Part shown: in pieces, positions 13,560 to 24,533 of the stretch
Layout: every line of letters starts with the position of its first letter
Position numbering within the stretch: the first letter of the stretch is position 1
Assembly: GCA_964187785.1 (NCBI GenBank)
Contig: OZ076409.1
Span: 94,490,001-94,554,000, forward strand
Reading direction: 5' to 3'
Length of the DNA stretch: 64,000 bases
Source: Amphiscolops sp. MND2022
Taxonomy: Eukaryota
Translations under genes and position numbers: made by a program
The notes under the pieces: model-generated
What the model saw: only the letters and a program-made list of their open reading frames with translations
Told to the model about the DNA's origin: nothing
Databases searched by the model: none

Positions 13560-13930
13560 TGTGCTGCTCAAAACTTGATTTTTGTTTGAGCCCATTTTTT
13601 TGAGAAGGTGTATAGGAACTTTCTAAGTTTCAAGCGGAGCTGATTTAGTTAGCTATTTTTAATTTTGTGAGATCTCAGATACTGTTCTTCCTGTTGATTC
13701 ACTTTGAGAGAAACTACTTGATTACAAGATTCAATTGACTCTGATAATACAGTTACGGCGATTACGTCAAGGATTACATTAATACTGAGACGTCACTACT
13801 GGGATTATATATCAATCAGGGCAATAATAGTCTGTTCTAAAAGGTTACTACTTGGATGAAAGTATTAGAAAATGTCAAATCTAATTAAAAAAACGCAATT
13901 TCTTTGATGAGATGTCCGCTGTGAAACTAT
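13560..13930 (+). repeat. Old dispersed repeat, with a diverged inverted homologue at about 32995-33360
   Basis: CTCAGATACTGTTCTTCCTGTTG is shared in reverse complement; CTCTGATAATACAGTTACGGCGATTAC is near-identical. Confidence 0.75.
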
Positions 13931-16210
13931 CAGTCAAAGAATCACAACAAACTTCGAGAGTATAAAAATACTTGACGTCATGCAAAACAAGGCATCAAAC
14001 ATAGTAAAGTAGACTCTGCTTACTTGAACACATTCTTCAAGTCCGGTCGTTTCTTTCATATGTAACTGTTGTACTCCGTATAAATATACACTCGGTCTAA
14101 TTGCTCCCTTTTCTCTTTTTTTTCCAATACACCTTCACGAAAACAAAGAATCAGGTCAAACGCATCACTGCAACAAAGTCTTATGTTTCAATGTTCTTGG
14201 TTTTGCTGTGTGGAATGGTTACAATTCAGCTGAATTCGCAATTTGACCTACAATAACGTTCAAGTGATTTTCACATTTCATAGTGTGAAAGCTTATTGTT
14301 AGTTGCTGGACAAAAGAATATATTGAGAAAACAATCCAAAAAGAGCAAAATGCCTTTTGATAGATCCCAAAATTATTTTATATCATTGTGTAATTATGTG
14401 TTTCCAACCCATATCCAATCAATCCGTAAAAAAGATAGACGATAGACGCTGTTACAACAAGAAGAGAACAACCTCTATACCCAGCAACGTGGATTCCTTG
14501 AACAAAAAGTACTTGATGACATGCATTTGCGTCATTTCACTGGCGGAAGGTGACAGGGTCTTAAAATGGTGTTTTTCATCAGTTCAAGGAGAATATCAGC
14601 AGGATCAAGTCAAATGTGCCCCTTTCGGTCAGTCATGTGGAAATAATTGAACGTCTAATTGAGCGCTAAAATTAGCCTAAAGTCTTCTTTTTGATGCATA
14701 ATTTTTCTCCTATCAATTCCACGTTTTTAGAAAACCAAGATCACGATGATCAAATGAGCAGTTCTATTCCTACAAAGAATTCCTCTTCAGTTCCGCTAAA
14801 ATATTTTTTTACAGTCCAAACAGAAGATAAAGCAAAACAGAACAACACTACACACTTTCCATTCAACCACCTATCACCAATACTGAAAGTCTTTCCACAT
14901 TGTTGAACTCAAGAACGCTTCGTGATATTTCACAATGACTAGACCCATACCTTTCCTTTTACCACACTCAGACACTTCATTACATGCTACAATCGTATCT
15001 ACAAACTCCTTCAAGCACTCGATCTAAATCTCAAAGAACAACACAAGTCTTGATTTAGACAATATGAACAAAGTTTTTCACTCCTCTTATCATCCAAAAA
15101 AATTCAACAGGTGAAACACCTTTTCTTTTACACGTTTGGTACCACTCTTCAACTTTTGGACGTTGCTCAACTTTGGAACATAATATACATTTTACAGGTA
15201 TTTTACTTTTTGTTTTCATGTTCAACAGGCAACACTCTTTTCCATTTATTGTTCAGTTCTCTTCAATTTTTGAAACAAGACCTCTACTTTTCTCACTTGA
15301 ACTTTCATCATACAATTATACAATTGGTTTCTTATACTTCATTATACCGTTTGACGTTTCTTTTGAAGTATTACAAAACATTATACAAAATCCCCTCCCA
15401 ACTTGTTCTTCTTCCCGCTTTCATCAGCAGACTGAACAAAAGTTTGTTTTATCTTTCTCGAACATCAATAGCCTTTGAGCTGTTATTTTTGAACCTCTCG
15501 CGCTAAAATTAGCAACAGAATAACTGAGGCTTCACCAAAATGGAATTGAATTGGCTCTTTCTGAAACTGTGTTGAACGATGTCTCTTTTTCATCAACATG
15601 CTTGTTACACACAAAAAATACTGTCTCAAAACAACCATAAAAGAAGCCACTGCAGCTCTCAGTTTTTTTTATATAATCAAAGATTGGAAAAACACGAGTC
15701 TAAAACACATCCTACAAAGCCCAAACCAAAACATCTTTTTTTTTCACAAGGAATAACATACTAACTGTCCTCTTCATTCTCTCTCTCACTGTCTTCATCA
15801 CTGTCGCTCGTCATTCCATTGCTTCTTCATCTGAAACTCCTTATTCTCACTTCAATTCCTATCGCTACATAATTCATTATGCATCGTCACTACTCTTTCC
15901 ATTGTCATCCGGAGAGTCCCACTTCATCGCATACTTCCATTCTATCGCAGACTTTCACGTCAACTCAGACACCCACTCAACACAGACTTCCACTTCATCC
16001 TCGACTTCCAATTTTTTCGCAGATTTCCACGTCACTGCAGACTTTCAAGTCCTTCGAACTTTTCGACAAATACCTTTCAAACTTTGAATAGTATAATCCA
16101 AAATTTAGCATTATATCATATTCTATAGTTTAGATCACATATATCGTGTATTGGTCCTTGGTTATATTTTCTCTTATAACCTGTGTCATCGTGTATAAAA
16201 ATATAAGTGT

Positions 16211-17937
16211 TGTCGCAGGCTGCCGCCTGTGACGGCACAAGGATTACAACAACAGCTGTTGGCCAGGATGTGGCCCCAGGAACTCTCCCTATCTATTAAA
16301 GTAAACTAAAACTTTCTCTTAAACTTTTACGTTGCTCATGTATTTTGTTGCCATATTATTTTAGAAAATAGCCAAAAGGGCCGTACTGGGACGTATTCCC
16401 TTATTACCAAAACTTAGAATTACTGCGCTTGTTGATTATTTATGGTCAACCTTAGTCTTGAATGTTAATTGTATATTAGTCTGTTAACATAGATTGTGTT
16501 GTGTTGTTGTATTATCAATGCAATGTAGTAATAATCAAAGATTATAGCAAGCAACTTAGAGAAAGTACGGAAACGAGTTCAAATGGACTCCTGTACTTTC
16601 TTGCCAACGCCACTTGCGCTCACCCAATTAGCCAATCAGAGGCCTTCATTTTCGTGTGCTTTATTCTCTTTTGCCAATTACGGCCTTTGTACAAACCGGA
16701 CGAAAGTGCTATTAATGCCGTTCAGGCAGTCGACCTAATCCGGCTATTCAGTCCGCCATAAACAAAGCACTTATGATTGATGCTAATTTCATGTAATGAT
16801 ATTTAGTTAATAGTTAGCTTTGTTGATCATGAAGTACCAATCTGAAGTGTTAATTGATGTTCTGTCGTACCATTAACAAATAGTTATCCAACTTGTTCTA
16901 AAATAGCTGTTGCATGAAATCTGATATTATTGCCTTATTGGGCCTTTTGCCATTGTACCCATGAAAGGTAATTAAACTAAACATATTTGTTGTGTTGCCA
17001 CGTGCTAAAGTATGTGCACTTACATCAACAAATACCTGTTCAATGAAAATATTTCGCCAAATATGTAAACGATGCTAACGGTTGAATGATTGTTCCTTTG
17101 ATGTATAATATTTGGAATGGATAGCGTTCATCCCGTGACCATCAAAAATGCAGTCATATGATATTGTCTTAGTCAAAGAATGTAAAGAATGAGAGTGTCA
17201 CTCTTTCGGGGGTATAAATACCCGTGCCTTTGAGAGAGGAGACACTTCTTAATTTGCTCTCTTCTGAAAAAGACTATCATATTAGTACAAACGGTTTCAC
17301 TGTTATTTTCGAGATATAATCTAATTCAATTTTATACTCGAAGTTTTCCTTATGCCTACTACAAGAAAACAAAAGAAGGCTAGAAAGTCCAGAGGACTAG
17401 AGATCCTTTCTGATATCGAAAATCTAGATATAATGTTAGGAGGCGATCGTTACAATGGAACTGAAAGAGGAAGGAGTTTAGACAGTAACTCCGTTAGAAG
17501 GAGAGAAAGTATCATGAGTAATAACTTAGACAACGAGGGCGAAAGCCTGTTTTCAAATTGTAGAAATGATGAACCTAGGACAAGTGCCGATCTTGGTCAA
17601 AACTCAGCTGAAGCAAACTCACTAGCTGAGATAAACAGGTTGTCTAGCGAATTGAACTCTAGGATATCCCGTGAGATGGATGAAATGATGAGTAATGTTG
17701 ATACGCTGATCCAAAGGGCCATTAATGAAGCTATTAGCAGTCAAGTATTGCCTCAAATACAGAATGTCATAATGGCCGGATCAGGCCGAGAGACCGGAAG
17801 GGGATGGGAAGTCCCAGTTGAGAGACCGGAAGCAAATGCCGAGGAACAGCGAATTCCAAATGCTAAGGCCGACTGTAGAAATGAACAACATGATGGATAC
17901 CGATCGGGTGGACCATCTGCCCGTCACGTCCATGACA
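16211..17937 (+). repeat. 5' LTR of element B (1727 bp)
   Basis: Direct repeat of 30644-32370 (offset 14433; about 8 substitutions seen by eye); TG...CA ends; PBS follows. Confidence 0.96.
17213..17220 (+). promoter_or_regulatory. Candidate TATA box of the element B LTR promoter
   Basis: TATAAATA about 140 bp upstream of the gag ATG, within a GGGTA...TACCC inverted repeat. Confidence 0.5.
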
Positions 17938-17949
17938 TGGTGACAGGAG
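17938..17949 (+). other. Primer binding site TGGTGACAGGAG (tRNA 3' end complement, possibly a tRNA-Leu)
   Basis: Begins with TGG directly after the LTR CA; same 12-mer in element C; tRNA identity inferred from a 1-nt difference to the TGGTGTCAGGAG Leu-type PBS. Confidence 0.88.
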
Positions 17950-19054
17950 ACAACGAATCTCCACTTCAACTTCCCGAGTTTCTCACGGGACGAGTCTCAT
18001 CCAGAAACCATCTCGACAGGTCCTATGAGGATATTAACCTTGACACGACGATCCCAGCGCAAGAGAGAAATGCTCCGGCTACTCTAACTGACCCTATTAC
18101 TCGACTGGCAGATGTCTTGACAACGATGCAGAATAGGCCGACAGCCCAACAACTCACTATACGCCCAGTCAATTCAAACACAATGACTTTTGATGGCAAG
18201 AGTGAAAAATTCGAGCTGTTTGAGGACCTGTTCCACACGATGATCAAGATGCAACCGGAAATGACGGAACAGATGAAAATAAATCACTTCCACTCACTGC
18301 TGAGGAAGAATGCTCTCCAAACCTTCCGGAACATCAGCTCGAGCAATAGACAGACTTTAGAGGACGTATTGGTAATATTCAGATGAAAATACGTCAAACC
18401 CGAATCACAAGCAACTGCCAAACATAAATGGCACCGTCTAGTCTTCGATCCCAACACGATGAAACTGCCAGATTTCCTTGAAGAATTAAATCAAGGGGCA
18501 GAAAAAGCATTCGGGGATCACGCGCAGAAAATGATTGACAGTTTGCTCTACGCAAAACTGCCACCAAAACTGAAGCGGTCTGTAAACATGGCCAGACTCG
18601 AAAACGGCTCTTATGACGAAATAGTTGCTCATTTAGAGAGAGAGTTAGAACTAAATGCCCTTGAGGAATCAGACGTCCTACCAATGGCCACAATGACCTC
18701 CTCGACAACAAAATCCAAGACTCCTCTAACTACTGGGCAAATGTCGGACATCACTTGCAATTATTGCAAGGAGAAGGGCCATATAGTCAAAGACTGTGAA
18801 AAATTGAAGAAGAAAAAGGAAAAAGATGCCCAACAAGGCAAACAAACTCAGAAAAAGACGTATCCGGAGTGTGGCACTTGTGGTAAAAAGAACCACCCGG
18901 AAGAAAGATGTTGGCAAGGTGCTGGTGCGCATCTCAAACCCAAACGCACCAGACCAGATGACGCTAATGACGGTAAACCCAATTCAAAGGCGCAGAAACC
19001 ACAAAACAAATCAACATCTTCCAACTCACAGGCCTCATCTTCCAATGATGAGTC

Positions 19055-19061
19055 AAAAAAC
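19055..19061 (+). other. -1 ribosomal frameshift heptamer A AAA AAC (gag to pol)
   Basis: X XXY YYZ in gag phase directly before the gag TAA; the -1 frame is open into ORF 19160-19435. Confidence 0.8.
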
Positions 19062-22000
19062 TAACTTCGCCACGACTCCAATACAATCAACTAATATCCG
19101 TCCGTCAATACATCAGGTCGGATCCTCCAACAAAAACTTTTCATCAATATACACAACAATTGATGGGCTATCCCTCTGTTGTCTGGCAGCAACAGATGGA
19201 CAAAGCAGTAACCATCACATATAACAACACACATTTGTTCCAAAAACCAATTCCTGTTTGGGATCCTGATTATACTACTACCTTCACTACCCGATTCAGG
19301 CCCATTCCCCTGGTTGACAATTACAACCCCACCTACATAGATCCAGACTACGGCAGAGACCCCTATTGGGACACAGAAATCTACAACCAGGAACAACTAC
19401 AATTCCAATGTCCTAGACGACATCGAGCACTATAATAGAACAGTCCACGAGAACCCTCCAATCACCCACAATAAAAAGACCAGAGCACTAGTTGAAAACT
19501 GGCAATTGAATGATGGCACCAACCATCCAGTGTTCCCAAACCCATTGGGGACCGAGACCCATGAAGACGTTGCTCAACCCATACCACAATCACTATTAGA
19601 TGAGAAGCAGTTCCAGAATGTCTTAATCACCAGGGACGGTGAACCAGACTGTATACCACTGTCAACCAACATCAATCTCAAATGCAAAAAACGCATGTTG
19701 TACTTCCCCATGGACTTTGGGGAATTGACCATAGACGGACTTATTGACACTGGAGCGCTGTCCAGTGCAATTCCTGAAATGGACCTCCGGAAAATTCGAC
19801 TTCTATCTCCACAATCTGTCATCCGGGAAGGTCCGCCTCCAAATTTCCAAATAATGGTCGCTAATGGGCAATTGGAAACTCCCAAAAGTACCATAGAGCT
19901 CAAATTTGAAGTTGGTGACATTGAGTTTCATGAGATTTTTATAGTCATGGAACACCTGACAGGTCCAATTATCGGCCTAATTTTCCTTCAACGAAATCAT
20001 ACAGTCCTGGACATGAGACAAGGAATACTGAACTTCCCGTTCTTCTCAATGCAGCTCAAAACAGCTGACCATAAATACTCAAATGTCTTAGAACCAATTC
20101 TCAATCCCATTGAGATAACCATTCCGCCAAATGATAGAGTCCTAATTAGGACCAATTCCCTACTGTACCCTGAGAATGCTGTCACTGGAATTTTGCAACC
20201 GAGCGACCTTCTACATGAAGAAGGCGACATCACATTCTGCCCAGCCTTGGTCACTCTGAATGACGGCAATATATCGATACCAGTGAGCAACTTCACAGAC
20301 CACCCTTATAAACTCAAAAAGGGACTACATATTGCCAATTTCTCTGTCATGACGCCAGAACAGATGAAGTATGTCAAACCGGTAGACCCGGCATCAACCT
20401 GGCACCTTTTGCAGAATGACCAGGAGCAAGCAGCCCATTATGTCAGCAGTCTCATCAAAACCAATAGAAATCCACAAAACTCCGAAAATTATTGGTTCCC
20501 AACTCCAGAAAACCCTGGAAATCCTGAGGAACACACACCTATACAAAAACGAATCCTACGCGAATTACAGACCCTACAGGACCTGGAGACACTCGACCCC
20601 ACCACAGTTGCAGAATCGCAGGCAAAATTCTTAGAAAACTTCGACTGGAAAGATTCCACCCTTACTCCTGAAGAGAAGGAGAAAATAGAAGAATTGTTAG
20701 TGGAATTCCACGACATCTTTGCACGACACCGATTTGATATAGGCATGAACGAGGACTTCAAGGTGAAACTGACGCCTAAGGATGATTCCCCGGCCTATAG
20801 TCAAAACCTCCTAGCCCCTATCAATCTGAAGGAGGATATCCTAGTCGAATTAGCCATGTTACATAAATATGGCATCATCACCACCCTACCGTTCTCGAAA
20901 TATGCGAGCCCAATATTCGCACAAAAGAAACCGAACGGAAAACTCCGACTCTTGGTTGACTTGAGAAAAATCAACAACCTCATCTCAGATGATTATATTA
21001 ACAACAATCATCCTGTCAGTACACTAGTTGACGCCGCCCAACACTTGGCAGGCAAAAAATTGTTCTGTAAATTAGACTGTTCGCAGGCATACCACTGCCT
21101 ACCAATGGCTGACCAACGTTCAATCGAAATGTTGGCTTTCAATTTTGCCAGTCGCACATTCGCATACAGACGTTTGGCACAAGGCCTTAGCCGGTCACTA
21201 TCCGCATTCTCGAGTTTCATGAGGGAGTACCTCGACAAAGTCATCAAAGCGGATCAGTGCGCCCAGTATGTGGACGATATCGGCATCGCAGCCAATGATG
21301 TTGACCACCTCATGACGAACCTGAGAGCTACATTCAAATGCATTCGGGAAGCAGGCCTTAAGTTAACAATGCACAAATATCATTTCGGTGCAAAAGAAAT
21401 CGATTTTCTCGGACGGATTATTACCCCACAAGGCGTCAAACCCCAGAAACAGAATGTGCAAAACTTTCTGGAAAAGACTAAATTCCCGAAGTCGAAAAAG
21501 GCTTTCTAGCGCTATTTGGGATTCCTAAACTACTACAGGAATTATGTCCCAAGACTCTCCGAACGCCTTGCTCCATTCTACAAGATGCTTAAAAGTGACG
21601 AAAAGGTCCTAGTATTGAAAGAATTAGTCCAACAATTCGAAGAAATCAATAGAGCGCTAGACAAATGTTGCGATTTGGCCCTACAACAGCCTATCCCAAA
21701 CAAACAAATCGCACTAATGACTGACGCAAGTTTTGGTGCAGCTGGATATGCGGTCTTAATAGAAGACGATCCAAACCAGAAATTCACATCGCTCCGAAAA
21801 TCATATGCACCAGTAGCATATGGATCAAAAACCTTCACCCCAGCCCAGATCAAAATGTCAATATATGCCAAGGAATTTCTGGCAATTTACTTTGCATTCA
21901 AAGAATTTGGACATATATTCTGGGGTGCGCCCAAACCGGTCATTATCCTTACCGACAACAAAGCCGTTACGAGATTTTTCCAAACGAAAATAATACCCCC

Positions 22001-24290
22001 AGCCCTGTGGAATGCATGCGATTATGTGATTCAGTTCAACTTTGTCATAGCGCATATCCCGGGAGCACAGAACACAGCGGCTGACTATTTGTCCCGATTG
22101 GAGGCAGATCCGAAGGATAAATTAATCATGAAGATCCGTGAGGACGTGCAGACTTTACCCATTGAGATAAATGTTCAATCTGCGGGGGTATCACAGGAAG
22201 AACAAATATTCTATACGAATGATGATGACGAGACAGAGGAACAGTATTGGGCAAGAAAAGAAGCAATCAGGAAAAATCCAATGACTGATGAGCCCACTGT
22301 TACCATAGAAACTCTGTCAACCAATCTGGTCAAACAACAACCAGACATCCAAGTCCGATTAAAGAAAACAAACCAGATAATCATCGAGCAGTCCAAAGAT
22401 GCAGTATTGCAACAATTGAAGGCAAAGCTCCTTCATGAAGATTATTCAGAAAACATACTGCACCAGGATGCCCGATATAGACATTACGCAAACAATCTGG
22501 AACGAATTGTACTAAAGGACGAAATCCTGACGAGGCAATATTTTGATGAAACAGGGAATGTTAAATACCATCAAATTTTACTCCCGCAACACCTACTTCG
22601 GGAATTGCTTCACTCCCTTCACGTGACAGCGCATAAACATCCCGGGATTTCAAAAATGTTGCAGGAAATTAGACAAAGGTATTACTACCCTAGCATGGCT
22701 AAACACGTCAAAAAGTGGGTAGAAGGGTGTGAACAATGTGCCAGAGACAAAAGAGTCCCTAACGCAACGATCACACCTGAGCTGCTCAACTTGCCCGAAT
22801 GGGACCTTGGACCTGAAGACGCCATGCAGATTGACCTATTGCCGAATCTTCCCCCAAGTGGAGGGTACGAAAACGTTCTAACGGCAATTGATGTTTTCTC
22901 CAGATATTTGTTCGCTTACCCCCTTACAGACGCATCAGCAATCAATGTGGCAAAAGCGCTCATTGACATAATGACCAAGCATGCATATCTGCCAACGACT
23001 CCTATTACTGATAAGGGTACTGCATTCACTTCTACGATTATTGCAGAGGTTACGCAAATTTTGGGCATTACACTCAAATGAGCAACGACAAAGCACCCGC
23101 AAACAATTGGGAAATTAGAGCGGACCCATGCCTCATTAAAGACAAATCTCAAAATGGCATGTGGGGAATACCGCCGACAATGGCATAAATACTTGCCATT
23201 AGCAGTACTCAATCATAATACTAGTTATCACGCCAGCATCGGTTGTGAGCCAACAAGGGTATTCCATGGCAGAATTCCCTACAATATCTTGGATCACAAG
23301 CTTGGAAATAATCCAAACGAAAAGATCAGCCCTACAACTGAATTCGCCGAGGAAATCCAAAATCGGACGAAAACCTTGATTGACAAGACGAAACAGAACA
23401 TTATGCAGTCGTATATTAAATACAAAGAATACTACGATCGCAAGGCGAAAGCTGCTCCATTAAAAGAAAATGAGTACTGTTTTGTCCTACAGCCGAAAGC
23501 GGACAATCAAGGATCAAAAATTCCATTCCGTGATTATCGATGGGTTGGACCATTCATAGTCCAAAAAGTTTTACCCAATGAAAATTACATAGTTCGACCA
23601 CTTAATACAAATAAAACTCAAATTTTGCATCGAATTCGCCTTAAAAAGTTTGTTCCCAATCAACCGCTTGAGGACAATTTCCGAGAACAACAGCTTCAGC
23701 CAGACGAAGAAATTGTCATTCCACAAGACGATTTATACGTCATAACGTGGGAAACAGACTTCGGCGAACAGCTAGTTACACGAGGCAACAAACCTATTCC
23801 GACTAGCTTGCCGAACGGCGAACGGCCGAGTACGGCAGAAAATACAAATGACGCAAACGAGAATGACGCGGATTACATAATCACACGAGAAGGATTAAAC
23901 AACGACAACGCGGTACACAGTCGGAATGGCCGCTTAAGTCACGACGTAACGACAAGTAATGACGTTACCGAAGAAGCATCGAATGACGAACCTGATTGGC
24001 CGAACGAGGCCGGTTTACCGAAAGCTCACGAAACACATTCACCGAATACAGCAAATGACCTCAAAAAAGACAAAATTATTCCAGAAAGCCCAAAAGACAA
24101 GGAAATTTTCCCATATGAAAATTTGCGAACCGAAACTGATGCACAAAATTCTCCAAGAAGGGGGGATGATATTATCGTGCCCGAAATATCTGAAAACGAT
24201 GCTAGAAATGAAAGTCTGAGCCCTAGAGGAGGGAAATATAACCTCAGACCTAACCCTAACCCAAACTACTCAGAAGACTACAGATATTAG
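19055..24290 (+). pseudogene. pol: pol of element B: aspartic protease, RT, RNase H, integrase; one frameshift (about 19400-19500) and two in-frame stops (21507-21509, 23079-23081)
   Basis: LIDTGA protease, YVDD RT, TDAS RNase H, H..H..CEQC zinc-binding domain, QIDL/TDKG/LER catalytic triad, WVGPF module. Confidence 0.96.
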
Positions 24291-24533
24291 AGAAAATTAA
24301 ATTCGGCTCAGGAAATCAACCCTGAACTGTTTTATTCTCTTCTCTTTTACTTTTCTTTTTACTAGTCCCATGCAGCAGTATCTTTTGAATAAATAATGGG
24401 ACACTTGGACGATCCCTTACAAAGAAAATAAATACGGGATCAGAAAAATCGAGAGCAACAAAATGAAATAAATAATACAAACAGAAAATCAACAAAGTTT
24501 ACAGTCTGCAAGTACATAAATACATATGTACAA

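Larger units (their letters stand above)
17352..19064 (+). pseudogene. gag: gag of element B, starting inside the 5' LTR; one in-frame stop at 18384-18386
   Basis: ORFs 17352 and 18459 are in the same frame; FDGKSEKFELFE capsid-like region; knuckles CNYCKEKGHIVKDC and CGTCGKKNHPEERC. Confidence 0.93.

Noticed and set aside
16023..16210. Treating the whole 16023-17937 / 30456-32370 direct repeat as the LTR, or starting it at TGTCAT (16184)
   Set aside because: Only a start at 16211 gives a TSD (AGTGT) matching the 3' side; the extra 188 bp is duplicated flank
16501..16761. Short ORFs within LTR U3 regions and ORFs antisense to gag/pol
   Set aside because: No domain features; they recur only because the LTRs are repeated, or are shadow frames of real genes
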